A stretch of 64,000 nucleotides of DNA from Alphaproteobacteria bacterium (lineage in GTDB: Bacteria; Pseudomonadota; Alphaproteobacteria; UBA828): the NCBI GenBank assembly GCA_963422645.2, contig CAXXVO010000008.1:544001-608000 (forward strand), given 5' to 3'. Within the stretch, counting starts at the first letter, position 1. The number at the start of each line of letters is the position of its first letter. The position numbers and the translations under genes are program-made. Positions 29,521 through 39,515 of this stretch are shown here, piece after piece. The notes under the pieces were generated by a model that saw only the letters and a list, made by a program, of their open reading frames with translations, was not told the origin of the DNA and made no database searches.

Positions 29521-32500
29521 GTCTGGGCCGGGCCAGCGGTCGGCGGCTTCATCTCGGACGCCCTCGGCCTCGGCCTGACGGCGGCCCAGTCCACCGCGCT
29601 CGGAAGCTCCCTGATCATGGTGGGCGGCACCCTGCTGGTGAATGCGCTCGTGCCGCCCGCGATCCCCGAGGTCACCCGGGCCTCCCTCGCCCGGCCCGAC
29701 CCGGTCTACTCGATCTCGGGCGGGCGGAACCCGCAGCGCCCCTACCAGCCCTTCCTGCTGGTCCTCGGCGAGCACCGCATCTTCCCCGACCTCGGCTCCC
29801 GGCCCTACACCGAGTACGTCTCCGGCGCCGACGAGCAGCCCGACCACATCCTGCGCCAGATCTTCCACTTCGGCCTCGGCGCGATCGAGGTCGCCGAGGC
29901 CGATCTCCGCATCGGCGACACCCCGATCACGGACTACGAGCACCTGACGCCCGCGCCGCCGGCCGACGCCCGCGGCCTGATCGACTGGCGCCCGGGCGGC
30001 GAGGTCCACGGCATCGCCGGCAACGTCGACACCGAGGCCGGCGGCGCGCTCGCCTGGCCCGGGGACGGCGGCGCGCCGGTGGCCGCCGACGACCTCGGGG
30101 CGGACGACGGGTGGGTGACGCGCACCACCGCCGACGACACCTACCGGGTCGGCGTGGACATCGCCGGCGCGCTCTACGGCTTCGACAGGCAGGGCAGGCC
30201 CGAGCGGCGCGAGGTCGATATCGTCGTCGAGGCCCGCCGCGCCGGCGGCGGCGCCTGGACGCGGCTCGGCGCGGAGACGCTGGGCCACGACGAGACCGCG
30301 CCATTCCGCTGGGGCGCGGCCTGGGATCTCGCGGGCGAGGGAACCTGGGAGGTCCGCGTGCGCCGCACCTCCGCGCCGGCGGACGACGACCGCTCGGGCG
30401 ACGATCTGACCTGGGCGGCCCTCAGGTCATACCAGAGGGACGCGACCGACTACACCGGCCAGCGGCGGCTGGGCCTGAGCATCCGCGCCTCGGGCCAGTT
30501 CTCCGGCCCCGTCGACCGGCTGAGCGCGCTGGTGCGCCAGAAGGCGCCCCGCTGGAACGGGCGCGCCTGGTCCGCCGCGCCCGCGGCGTACTCCTCCAGC
30601 CCCGCCGCCGTCATGCTGCTCTACCTGCGCGGCATCCGCGTGCACGGCCGCGTCGTGGCCGGGGTCGGCCTGCCCGACGCCCGCATCGACCTCGCCGGCC
30701 TCGGCGCCTGGCACGACTGGATCGCGGCCCACGACCCGCCGCTGCGCTGCGACCTGGTGCTGGACCGCGCAATCGGCCACGCCCGCGTGATCGAGACGAT
30801 CGCCCGCTGCGGCCGCGCCGCGCCCACCTGGCAGTCGGGCCGGCTCGGCGTCGTGTGGGACGCCGCCGACAGGCCGGCGACGGCCATGATAACCCCCGGC
30901 AACATCGTCGCAGGCTCCCTCGAGGTGGACTGGGCCGCAGGCCGCGGCGCGGACGAGATCGCCTGTCGCTATATCGACCCCGATCTCGACTGGCAGTGGA
31001 ACACCGTGCGCCGCACCGTGCCGGACGCGGAATACCCGCCCGCGTCCACCGCCACGCTCACGCTCGCCGGGGTCACGACGCGCGAACAGGCCGCCCTGGA
31101 GTGCAACCTCCAGGCCGCGCGCCAGCGCTACCACCGGCGGCGGATCGCCTGGGAGACGGGGCCGGAAGGCCTCTCCATCAGGCGCGGCGACGTGGTCCAC
31201 CTCAGCCACGGCCTGCTCGACGGGGGCCGCACGGGCCGGCTCGTCGCCCTGCACGACGACGGATGCACCCTCGACCGCGCCGTGCGGATCGCCGGCGCGG
31301 CGGGGACCGACTGGCTGATGCTGCGCCGGCCCGAAGGGGCGCTCGAGACCGTGCGCGCCCATGCCGGCCCGCCCGGCTCCGGCGCGCGCGCGAACGGCGC
31401 CGAAACCGCCCGCGTGTGGACGACACCCGCGCCGGAGGACGGAATCGGCGAGCCCGTCGACACGCTCTGGCGCCTCTATCCCGCAGGCGCCGGGCCGGCG
31501 AGGGTGAAGGTCGTGGGCGTCAGCCCCAGATCCGGGGACCGGGTGCGCCTCGAGGCCGTCGACGAGCTCGGCGCCTACTACGCTGCCGCCACCGCCGACC
31601 TCTCGGTCGATCTGCCGCAGATACGGCGCAATCTGCCGCGGGTCCTGCACGCCACCGTCACCGAGACCCTGATCCGCGTCGGCGCCGCCTTCCTCGTCGA
31701 GATCGCGCTCTCCCTCACCGTCGCCGGCGACTGGCGCGGCGCCGAGGTCCGCGCGTCGTGGGAGCGCCGGCCCATGCGCACCGTCGCCAGCCTCGACGGC
31801 GGCGACACGGAGGCGCGCTGGACCAGCCCGCCCGAGGGCTGGATCGAGATCGTCGTCCTGCCCCGCGGCGGCGGCCCGCGGCACCGCATCGCATATACGA
31901 TCCGCGGCCTGCGCACGCCCCCCGGCGCCGTCGGCGAGGCCCACGTCGAGCGCCTCGGCGACGGAACCCGGCGCTTCCGCTGGGCCGAGCCGGCCGACCC
32001 CGACCTGCTCGGCGTCCGCATCAGATACGGACCCGCGCCGGCGTATCCCGCAGACCCGGGCACGCCGTGGGAAGAGCTGCGCGCGATCCACCGCGGATGG
32101 CTCACCGCAAGCCCCTGGGAGGCCGTCGAGCCCGCCGCCGGCGACTGGCTCTTCTCCTTCCGCGCCCTCGACACCGGCGGGCGCTACGGCCCCGAGAGCC
32201 GCGTCACCGCGCGCCTCGGCGCCCAGCGCCGGGGCGAGAGCCTGTTCTGGGCCTGCCCCAGCGCCGAGGGATGGACCCGCGGCACGCTCGCCGGCGCGGC
32301 CCTCGACTTCTCCTGGGCCGATCCCGCCACCGGCGCCGCCGACTACGCCTGGCGCGGCCTCACCACCTGGGACGCCTGGACCGGATGGGCGCTCCCCGGC
32401 GCGGCCTGGGCGGCCGAGCCCACCGTCTACACCTCCATGCCGGCAGACCTCGGCCAGGACGGCGTCGTCTCGGTGCTCGCCTGGGACTCCGACGCCGCCG

Positions 32501-32706
32501 TCCAGCCGACGGTGCGCGTGCGCGCCGCCGACTTCCGAGACGACCTCGCCTCCGCCGCCTGGACCGGCTACGCCGCCGGGGACAGGATTGCAGGACGCAT
32601 CGTCCAGGTCGAGTGGACCTGGACCTGGGAGCGCGGGCAACTCCCCACCGTCAAGTACCTCTGCTTCGGCCTCGCCCGCGCCCATATCGCCGCGCCGGCG
32701 AGCTGA
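29521..32706 (+). CDS. Phage tail tip / host-specificity protein (J/TipJ-like), 5' end truncated by IS21
   Basis: YSISGGRN...RPYQPFLLVLGEHRIFPD, EVRVRR, SSSPA...YLRG, RGDVVHLSH and fibronectin-III-like DPDLLGVRIRYG segments typical of siphovirus tail-tip proteins; no native start. Confidence 0.8.
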   Translation, partial: VWAGPAVGGFISDALGLGLTAAQSTALGSSLIMVGGTLLVNALVPPAIPEVTRASLARPDPVYSISGGRNPQRPYQPFLLVLGEHRIFPDLGSRPYTEYVSGADEQPDHILRQIFHFGLGAIEVAEADLRIGDTPITDYEHLTPAPPADARGLIDWRPGGEVHGIAGNVDTEAGGALAWPGDGGAPVAADDLGADDGWVTRTTADDTYRVGVDIAGALYGFDRQGRPERREVDIVVEARRAGGGAWTRLGAETLGHDETAPFRWGAAWDLAGEGTWEVRVRRTSAPADDDRSGDDLTWAALRSYQRDATDYTGQRRLGLSIRASGQFSGPVDRLSALVRQKAPRWNGRAWSAAPAAYSSSPAAVMLLYLRGIRVHGRVVAGVGLPDARIDLAGLGAWHDWIAAHDPPLRCDLVLDRAIGHARVIETIARCGRAAPTWQSGRLGVVWDAADRPATAMITPGNIVAGSLEVDWAAGRGADEIACRYIDPDLDWQWNTVRRTVPDAEYPPASTATLTLAGVTTREQAALECNLQAARQRYHRRRIAWETGPEGLSIRRGDVVHLSHGLLDGGRTGRLVALHDDGCTLDRAVRIAGAAGTDWLMLRRPEGALETVRAHAGPPGSGARANGAETARVWTTPAPEDGIGEPVDTLWRLYPAGAGPARVKVVGVSPRSGDRVRLEAVDELGAYYAAATADLSVDLPQIRRNLPRVLHATVTETLIRVGAAFLVEIALSLTVAGDWRGAEVRASWERRPMRTVASLDGGDTEARWTSPPEGWIEIVVLPRGGGPRHRIAYTIRGLRTPPGAVGEAHVERLGDGTRRFRWAEPADPDLLGVRIRYGPAPAYPADPGTPWEELRAIHRGWLTASPWEAVEPAAGDWLFSFRALDTGGRYGPESRVTARLGAQRRGESLFWACPSAEGWTRGTLAGAALDFSWADPATGAADYAWRGLTTWDAWTGWALPGAAWAAEPTVYTSMPADLGQDGVVSVLAWDSDAAVQPTVRVRAADFRDDLASAAWTGYAAGDRIAGRIVQVEWTWTWERGQLPTVKYLCFGLARAHIAAPAS

Positions 32707-32727
32707 GTGGGCGCGAAAGGAAACCCC

Positions 32728-33540
32728 ATGACCGCATGGCCCACCCGGAAGATCGACACCACCCACCTCGACCAGGGCAGCGATTCGCCCGCCCACGCCC
32801 GCGCCGCCATCAAGGCCATGGCCGACACAATCAACGCCATGATCGACGCCTTCGGCGATCCGGGCGGCGTCGCCACCCTCGACGGCTCCGGCGAGCACCC
32901 CTTCCGCCAGATGCGGGGCGAGGTGTTCACCGCGGCCGAGCGCACGCGGCTGGCCAACCTCAGCGAGCGCACGGCGCCGCCGCGTCCCGCGCCCGAGCCG
33001 GCGCCCCGGCCCACGCCGCGCGGGCGCAAGACCTTCACCTCGCCCGACTCCGGGTACTGGGTCGCGCCCGCGGGCGTGACCCGCGTGCGCGTGCAGTTGC
33101 GGGGCGGCGCCGCCGGCGACGGCGGCAGCTATACCCGCATCACCTCCGGCGGCAGGGGCCCCGACAGGCGCACCACCTGGCGTGGCGGCGACGGCGGCGG
33201 CGCCGGCTTCATCTACTTCGAGATCGCGGTCTCGGCGGGCCGCTCCTACTTCTGGTCCGTGGGAAGCAACGGCGCGGACGGCGCGGACGGACCGCCCACC
33301 CGCCTCACCAGCACGGCGCGCCCCGGCGCCGACGGCGGCAACGGCAGCAACACCGCCGTCCTCGGCGGCACGGCGCGCGGCGGCAAGGGCGGCAAGAGAG
33401 CGTATGGCCGACGCAACGGCGCAGACGGCGCAGACGGAACCGCCTCCGCCCCCGCCGGCGCAAGCGGCGTCAGCCGACACACCCAGCTCACCGTGCCCTC
33501 CCCGGTCTCCGCCGGCTATATCGTCATCGAGTGGGGCTGA
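32728..33540 (+). CDS. Putative tail fibre / virion protein with glycine-rich C-terminal domain
   Basis: MTAWPT...TTHLDQGSDSPAHARAAIK N-terminus, Pro-rich hinge, FTSPDSGYWVAPAGVTRVRV...GGGAG, GADGADG repeats, ends GYIVIEW; RBS AAGGA. Confidence 0.7.
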   Translation: MTAWPTRKIDTTHLDQGSDSPAHARAAIKAMADTINAMIDAFGDPGGVATLDGSGEHPFRQMRGEVFTAAERTRLANLSERTAPPRPAPEPAPRPTPRGRKTFTSPDSGYWVAPAGVTRVRVQLRGGAAGDGGSYTRITSGGRGPDRRTTWRGGDGGGAGFIYFEIAVSAGRSYFWSVGSNGADGADGPPTRLTSTARPGADGGNGSNTAVLGGTARGGKGGKRAYGRRNGADGADGTASAPAGASGVSRHTQLTVPSPVSAGYIVIEWG

Positions 33541-33545
33541 TCGCG

Positions 33546-34427
33546 ATGCGCCGCACCCTCGTCCCCGCAGGCGGCGGCAGCGACAGCACCGCCCTCGCCC
33601 TCCTCGTCCTGCGCGGGACCGAAGACGAGGTCGTCCTCTCCTGCTACCGCGAGCCGGCCCGCGAACTCCCGGAGCGCATCGCCCGCGAGCAGGCCGCAAG
33701 CGAGGCCGTCGCAGACTGGCTCTCCCGCAACGTCCGGCCCGTGCGCCACGTCAGCCGCGACGCCCTGCGCGTGGAGACCGGCCCCCGCGCAAGATGGCCA
33801 ATTCGGGACGGGAGAGGATGGGAGGGCGTCTGCGACCCCACATTCGGCCCCTGGGGCATCGACCGATACGCAACCCACGCCGACGAGGCCGAGCGCCACC
33901 GCGCCGACCGGGTGATGCCCGGCATCACCTCGTGGGACACCGCCGACGACATGCACCGCATGTACTGGCATCCGGCCTACCGCGCGCGCACCGCCGTCCC
34001 CATGGAACTCCCCTTCTTCCCCGGCTGGGAGGACGGCGCGCAGTGGCCGCCGTCGCGGGACGACCCCTTCGGACCCGTCGCCGGGCGCTTCATGCTCCAG
34101 GCCCTGCTCCCGCCCGGGCTGGAGGCGCTCACCTGGCGATGCACCGTCGCGGCAGAGCCCTGCGGACGCTGCCCCCGATGCCGCCTCAACGCCTTCTTCG
34201 AGCGCTTCTGCCGGGGACGCCCGGCGGACCAGGTCGCCCGCATCGACGACGCCCTCGAACGACACCGCGGCGCAGGCCGGTGGTACGCCGACGCCGACCC
34301 CGGAAGATGGACCGGTCACGACGGATACGACGCCGCAGAACGCGCCGTCGAAGACCCCGAATGGTGGAAGGCCGAACTCGAACGCCCGTGCCGCCCCGGC
34401 GCCCGCCCCGGTCCCGACCGCGCCTGA
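33546..34427 (+). CDS. QueC-like PP-loop ATPase with Zn-binding Cys cluster
   Basis: N-terminal LVPAGGGSDSTALA (SGGxDS-like) and TWRC-x6-CGRCPRC; 293 aa; last gene before the right end of the element. Confidence 0.7.
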   Translation: MRRTLVPAGGGSDSTALALLVLRGTEDEVVLSCYREPARELPERIAREQAASEAVADWLSRNVRPVRHVSRDALRVETGPRARWPIRDGRGWEGVCDPTFGPWGIDRYATHADEAERHRADRVMPGITSWDTADDMHRMYWHPAYRARTAVPMELPFFPGWEDGAQWPPSRDDPFGPVAGRFMLQALLPPGLEALTWRCTVAAEPCGRCPRCRLNAFFERFCRGRPADQVARIDDALERHRGAGRWYADADPGRWTGHDGYDAAERAVEDPEWWKAELERPCRPGARPGPDRA

Positions 34428-34549
34428 AACCCTCACGCACCGCCCGTGCACGGGCCCTGAACCCCCCGCGCAGCGCTCCTTCACGGCCCATGCACAGGCC
34501 GGTTTTTCCAGCCCGGTTCAGCCCCGAAAACCAGCCGATTTTCCAGGCC

Positions 34550-34589
34550 ATTCGCAAAGACTTCCGGCCGCGATTCGCAAAGACTTTCG
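34550..34589 (-). repeat. Right-end transposase-binding repeats (R2 34550-34566, R1 34573-34589)
   Basis: Tandem ATTCGCAAAGACTT(C/T)CG with 23-bp period, inverted relative to the left-end sites. Confidence 0.85.
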
Positions 34590-34599
34590 GCCGGCTACA

Positions 34600-34742
34600 T
34601 CGGCCTCTGCCACGCGGCACTCGGCAATGCGGAGAAGGCGCTCGACGCGTTCGAGCGGGCGCTGATCCACAACCCCCACATGCAGGGCGTGAAGCGGAAC
34701 GTGAAGGAGCTTCGCGACCGGCTCGGCCGCCACGCGATCTGA
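34600..34742 (+). pseudogene. TPR protein, C-terminal part
   Basis: (G)LCHAALGNAEKALDAFERALIHNPHMQGVKRNVKELRDRLGRHAI* continues the TPR helix. Confidence 0.85.
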
Positions 34743-34756
34743 GCGTTGGGCGGCGC

Positions 34757-36199
34757 TCAGCGCCGCAGCGCGCGGCCCGGCCGCTTCCCGGTGACCTGGC
34801 CCCCCTCGCGGACGACGGCGCCGTTCACCATGACGATGTCGATGCCGGCGGCTGGCCGGGTCGGCGCCTCGAAGGTCGCTTCGTCCGCGATCGTCTCCGC
34901 ATCGAACACCACGAGATCGGCATAGGCGCCGGCGCGTACCTCGCCGCGATCGGTGAGGCCGAACTGGGCGGCGGTGAGCCCGGTCATGCGGCGCACCGCG
35001 TCCTCCAGGGTGAGCAGGCCGAGCTCGCGCGAATAGTGGCCGAGCACGCGCGGGAAGGTGCCCCAGAGCCTGGGATGGGGGTGTTGGTCGTGGGGCAGGC
35101 CGTCGGAGCCGATCATGCTGTGCTCGTAGGCTATGATGCGGCGCACGTCCGCCTCGTCCATCATGAAGTAGATGCCGCCCGCCGGCTGCAATCGCTCCGC
35201 CGCGGCGACCGGATCGAGGCCCATCTCGGCAGCAACGTCGGGCAGGTCGCGGCCGGCATATTCGGGGTGCGGCTCGGACCAGGTGACGATTACCCGCTCC
35301 GCCTTGCCGACCATCTCCGGCATCAGCACCGTGGAGCCTGCGGTGTAGGGATAGACGTCGAGGCCCACGGGCTGGCTCCGGCGCGTCTTCTCGATCAGCG
35401 CGAGCGTCTCGCCGCTCCGCCCGAAGTTCGCCCGGCCGGCGCACTTGTGGTGTGAGATGACGACGCCGGCGCCGGCGCGGCGGCCGATCTCGAAGGCCTC
35501 TTCCATCGCCGTCTCGATGTCGGCCCCCTCGTCGCGCATGTGGGTGACGTAGAGCCCGCCGGCTGCGCCCGCGACCTCCGCCACCGCCGCAACCTCGTCG
35601 GTGGTCGCCGCCTTGTTGGGGCCGTAGATGAGCCCGGTGCTGAAACCCAACGCCCCGGCCTCCATGCCCTCCGCCAGCCGCTCTCGCATGGCGTCGATCT
35701 CGCCGGCCGTGGCCGGGAGGTCGACATCGTCCATCGTGTCCAAGCGGAGCGCCGAATGGCCGACCAGGAGGCCGGCATTGGCGGCCGGCGGCGCCTCGTC
35801 GAGGGCCGCCACGTAGTCGGCGAAGCGGGGATAGCGGAAGTCGGCCGGTCCGCCCAGCAGGTCGAGCGGCGGCGGCGTGGGGCGCCCCGGCGTGAGCGGC
35901 GCAAGGCTCACCCCGCAATTGCCGGCGATCACCGTCGTGACGCCCTGGCTGGTCTTGGGCGTCACGTCGGGGTCGACCAGAAGCAGGTTGTCGTCGTGGG
36001 TGTGAGCATCGATGAAGCCCGGCGAGACGATGCGCCCCGTCGCATCGATGGTGCGTGCAGCCTGCATCCCCGCCAGATCGCCCACGGCGGCGATGCGGTC
36101 GCCGGCGACGGCGACATCGGCGCGCACGCGGGGCGCGCCCGTGCCGTCGATCACCGTGCCGCCCGTGAAGAGGACGTCGTACCGCTCCTCCTCCGCCAT
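34757..36199 (-). CDS. N-acyl-D-amino-acid deacylase (D-aminoacylase)
   Basis: PGFIDAHTHDD, GVTTVIAGNCG, THMRDE, ISHHKC, GSDGLPH...HPRLWGTFPR. Confidence 0.92.
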   Translation of the reverse strand: MAEEERYDVLFTGGTVIDGTGAPRVRADVAVAGDRIAAVGDLAGMQAARTIDATGRIVSPGFIDAHTHDDNLLLVDPDVTPKTSQGVTTVIAGNCGVSLAPLTPGRPTPPPLDLLGGPADFRYPRFADYVAALDEAPPAANAGLLVGHSALRLDTMDDVDLPATAGEIDAMRERLAEGMEAGALGFSTGLIYGPNKAATTDEVAAVAEVAGAAGGLYVTHMRDEGADIETAMEEAFEIGRRAGAGVVISHHKCAGRANFGRSGETLALIEKTRRSQPVGLDVYPYTAGSTVLMPEMVGKAERVIVTWSEPHPEYAGRDLPDVAAEMGLDPVAAAERLQPAGGIYFMMDEADVRRIIAYEHSMIGSDGLPHDQHPHPRLWGTFPRVLGHYSRELGLLTLEDAVRRMTGLTAAQFGLTDRGEVRAGAYADLVVFDAETIADEATFEAPTRPAAGIDIVMVNGAVVREGGQVTGKRPGRALRR

Positions 36200-36354
36200 C
36201 GTCGCCTCCCGTTCTCGCCTGTACGTGCCCGGTGGACCATGACGGCGGCGGCAGCCCGTGACAACAGGGTTTCGTTTCGTTTGAAGCGGCAGGTAAGCTG
36301 CCAGTGGATGCTCGGACGGACCGGGTTCGCGCGCGGCCCGAGCGGAGGCCTACG

Positions 36355-37047
36355 ATGAGGCAGGCAGAGACCGGTGCGGGGGCTGAACTTGCGGCGCTGC
36401 AGTTCGGCGACAGCTTCTTCCCGAGCGGTGCGGTGTCGTTCTCGCTCGGGCTGGAGACCCTGCACGCAGACGGCATCGTGGCTGACGTCGCTGGCCTCGA
36501 AGAGTTCCTCACCGACCAGGTGATGGACCGTTGGGCCACGGCGGAGCGCGCATTCCTCGCGGCTGCTCACGAGACCTGCCCGGACTGGCCGGCGGTCGCT
36601 GAGATCGACGCGCTTCAAGAGGCGATGACGCTGCCGCGCGAGCTGCGCGATGGCTCGCGCAAGGGCGGTGCCGCGCTGCTCGGCGTCCACGCTCGCATGG
36701 AGACGCCGGGCGCCCAGGCCTACCGCGAGCGTCTCCGCGCCAGTGAGGCGCACGGCCATCTCGCCGTGGTGCAAGGCGTGGTGCTCAAGGGCTCCGGACT
36801 TGACCTCGCCCGTGCCGAGGCGGTGAGCCTGCACGGGCACTGCGCGATGATCCTGGGTGCCGCGCTCAGGCTCGGCTTGATCGGCCACCTCGACGGACAG
36901 ATCATGCTGCGCGGGCTCAGGCCCAGAATGGCGGCGCTCTTGGCGCAGCCGGCGCCCGGCCTGGACGAGGCAAGGTCCTACGTGCCGCTTGCCGATGTCG
37001 CCGCCGCCCGCCACGAGGAAGCGGCGGTCCGACTCTTCAGCAACTGA
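36355..37047 (+). CDS. ureF: Urease accessory protein UreF
   Basis: LQFGDSFFPSGAVSFSLGLE; AALRL; C-terminal HE...RLFSN. Confidence 0.9.
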   Translation: MRQAETGAGAELAALQFGDSFFPSGAVSFSLGLETLHADGIVADVAGLEEFLTDQVMDRWATAERAFLAAAHETCPDWPAVAEIDALQEAMTLPRELRDGSRKGGAALLGVHARMETPGAQAYRERLRASEAHGHLAVVQGVVLKGSGLDLARAEAVSLHGHCAMILGAALRLGLIGHLDGQIMLRGLRPRMAALLAQPAPGLDEARSYVPLADVAAARHEEAAVRLFSN

Positions 37048-37062
37048 TCAGGGTGGCCCACG

Positions 37063-37758
37063 ATGCTGTTGACACCGACCGAATTGGAGCGGCTGACGAT
37101 TTACACCGCCGCCGAGCTCGCGCGAAAGCGCCGTGCGCGCGGGCTCGCCCTCAACCACCCCGAGGCCGTGGCGCTGATCAGCGACGAGATACTGGAAGGC
37201 GCGCGCGACGGGCGCTCGGTGGCGGAGCTGATCGAGCAGGGCGCGACCATCCTCACCACCGACGATGTCATGCCGGGCGTTGCCGAGATGATGCCGGTGC
37301 TGCAGGTGGAGGGCACCTTCCCCGACGGCACCAAGCTGGTGACGGTCCACGAGCCGATCCGCCCCGGCACTAAGGCGCAGGAGGAGAGCGTGCGGCCGGG
37401 CGAGATCATTCCGGCAGAGGGCGAGATCGAGATCAATGCAGGCCGGCCGACTGCCACGGTCGCCGTCACCAACACCGGCGACCGGCCGGTGCAGATCGGC
37501 AGCCACTACCACTTCTTCGAGGTGAACCGGCATCTCGACTTCGACCGCGCGGCGTCCTTCGGGATGCGCCTCGACATCCCCGCCGGCACGGCGGTGCGCT
37601 TTGCGCCGGGGGAGACGAAGGAGGTGACCCTGGTCGAATTCGGCGGCAGCGGCGAGATGGTGGGTCTCAACGACCTCACCCAGGGCTCGCGGCGCTCCGA
37701 GAGCGTCAAGCAGGAGGCGCTGGCCCGTGCCCGCGCCCGCGGCTTCAAGGGGGCTTGA
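37063..37758 (+). CDS. ureAB: Fused urease gamma/beta subunit
   Basis: MLLTPTE...LNHPEA...[15 protein letters not shown] (gamma) fused to PGEI...[17 protein letters not shown]...[12 protein letters not shown] (beta). Confidence 0.93.
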   Translation: MLLTPTELERLTIYTAAELARKRRARGLALNHPEAVALISDEILEGARDGRSVAELIEQGATILTTDDVMPGVAEMMPVLQVEGTFPDGTKLVTVHEPIRPGTKAQEESVRPGEIIPAEGEIEINAGRPTATVAVTNTGDRPVQIGSHYHFFEVNRHLDFDRAASFGMRLDIPAGTAVRFAPGETKEVTLVEFGGSGEMVGLNDLTQGSRRSESVKQEALARARARGFKGA

Positions 37759-37761
37759 GCG

Positions 37762-39474
37762 ATGGCACGGATGAGCAGAGCGGAGTACGCGGCGCTCTAC
37801 GGCCCCACGACCGGCGACTGCGTGCGCCTCGGCGACAGCGAGCTGCTAGCCGAGATCGAGCACGACCACGGCGTGCCGGGGGAGGAGTGCCTGCACGGCG
37901 GCGGCAAGACGCTGCGGGACGGCATCGGCCTCGTCGCCGGGCTCGACAGCGCGGCGGGCTCGCTCGACATGCTGGTCTCCAACGCGGTCGTCATCGATCC
38001 CGTTCTGGGTATCGTCAAGGGCGACATCGGGATCAAGGAGGGCCTCATCGCTGGCGTCGGCAAGGCCGGCAACCCGGCGGTGATGGACGGGGTGGACCCC
38101 GCGCTGCTCTGCGGCGCAGCGACCACGGTGCGCGATGCGGAAGGGCTGATCGCCACGCCCGGCGGTATCGACGTCCACGTCCACTTCGACAGCGCGCAGC
38201 TCTGCGAGCACGCGATCTCAAGCGGGGTCACGACGATGCTGGGCGGCTCGCTCGGTCCGATCACCGTCGGTATCGACTGCGGCGGCGCCTGGAACGTCGG
38301 CAAGATGCTGCAGGCGGCCGAGGCCTGGCCGATCAATTTCGGCTTCCTCGGTCGCGGCAACTCGGCCAAGCCCCTGTCACTGGTCGATCAGATCGCCGGC
38401 GGCTGCATGGGGCTCAAGATCCATGAGGACTGGGGCGCCATGCCGGCGGCGATCGACTGCTGCCTCGACGTCGCCGACGAGATGGACTTTCAGGTCCAGC
38501 TCCACACCGACACGCTGAACGAGAGCGGCTTCCTGGAGGAGACGCTGGCCGCCATCAGGGGTCGTACGATCCACATGTACCACGCGGAAGGCGCGGGCGG
38601 CGGGCACGCGCCCGATATCATCCGCATCACCGGCGAGCCCAACTGCCTGCCGTCGTCCACCAACCCCACCAACCCTTACACGCGCAACACCTTCGACGAA
38701 CACCTCGACATGATCATGGTGTGCCACCACCTGAACCCGGCGGTGCCCGAGGACGTGGCCTTCGCCGAGAGCAGGATTCGGGCCCAGACCATCGCCGCCG
38801 AGGACGTGCTGCACGATATCGGCGCGATCTCGATGCTGGGCTCGGACAGCCAGGGGATGGGGCGGATCAACGAGGTCATCTGCCGCACCTGGCAGCTTGC
38901 GTCCAAGATGCGGGGCCAGCGCGGGCGGCTCGCGTCGGAGCAGACCGCCAAGGGCGACAACGAGCGGATCAAGCGCTACATCGCGAAGTACACCATCAAC
39001 GCGGCACGCACCTTCGGCATCGACCGCCATATAGGCTCGCTGGAAGCGGGCAAGCTCGCCGACGTGGTGCTCTGGCGCCCGGCCTTCTTCGGCATCAAGC
39101 CGGAGCTGATCATCAAGGGGGGCTTCATCGTATGGTCGGCGATGGGCGACAGCGCCGCATCGCTGATGACCTGCGAGCCGCTGCTCATGCGCCCGCAGTG
39201 GGGCGCCTTCGGCCGGGCCAAGGAGGCGCTGAGTCTGAGCTTCGTCTCGCAGGCGGCGGCCGATGCGGATGTTGCCGGCAGGCTCGGGCTGGAGAGCCGC
39301 ACCGTGCCTGTGCAGGGCACGCGCAAGCTCGCCAAGGGCCACATGCTGCACAACGACGCATGCCCCGTGGTGACGGTGGACCCCGAGACCTTCGAGGTGC
39401 ATGTCGACGGTGAGCTCGCGACCTGCGAGCCGGCCGACGAGCTACCGCTCGCCCAGCGCTACATGCTGCGCTAG
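37762..39474 (+). CDS. ureC: Urease alpha subunit (divergent)
   Basis: [63 protein letters not shown]. Confidence 0.93.
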   Translation: MARMSRAEYAALYGPTTGDCVRLGDSELLAEIEHDHGVPGEECLHGGGKTLRDGIGLVAGLDSAAGSLDMLVSNAVVIDPVLGIVKGDIGIKEGLIAGVGKAGNPAVMDGVDPALLCGAATTVRDAEGLIATPGGIDVHVHFDSAQLCEHAISSGVTTMLGGSLGPITVGIDCGGAWNVGKMLQAAEAWPINFGFLGRGNSAKPLSLVDQIAGGCMGLKIHEDWGAMPAAIDCCLDVADEMDFQVQLHTDTLNESGFLEETLAAIRGRTIHMYHAEGAGGGHAPDIIRITGEPNCLPSSTNPTNPYTRNTFDEHLDMIMVCHHLNPAVPEDVAFAESRIRAQTIAAEDVLHDIGAISMLGSDSQGMGRINEVICRTWQLASKMRGQRGRLASEQTAKGDNERIKRYIAKYTINAARTFGIDRHIGSLEAGKLADVVLWRPAFFGIKPELIIKGGFIVWSAMGDSAASLMTCEPLLMRPQWGAFGRAKEALSLSFVSQAAADADVAGRLGLESRTVPVQGTRKLAKGHMLHNDACPVVTVDPETFEVHVDGELATCEPADELPLAQRYMLR

Positions 39475-39515
39475 GGCAAGCGCGAGGGAGCAAGAGCGCG
39501 CGCGGGAGTTGGGGC

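Larger units (their letters stand above)
26772..34599 (+). mobile_element. Mu-like transposable prophage remnant
   Basis: Termini TGTAG...CTACA; 5-bp TSD TCGGC (26767-26771, 34600-34604); repeated G(A/G)AAGTC(T/A)TTGCGAAT sites at both ends; phage tail cargo. Confidence 0.85.

Noticed and set aside
30111-33545. 1438-aa plus-strand ORF and 1090-aa minus-strand ORF overlapping the tail genes
   Set aside because: Arg/Pro/Gly-rich shadow frames of very high-GC DNA; only the last 293 aa (from ATG 33546) look like a real protein.
26772-34599. Tn7/CAST-type transposon
   Set aside because: TGT...ACA ends and a 5-bp TSD would fit, but there are no tns/tniQ/cas genes and the cargo is phage tail genes; Mu-like is the better explanation, though not proven.
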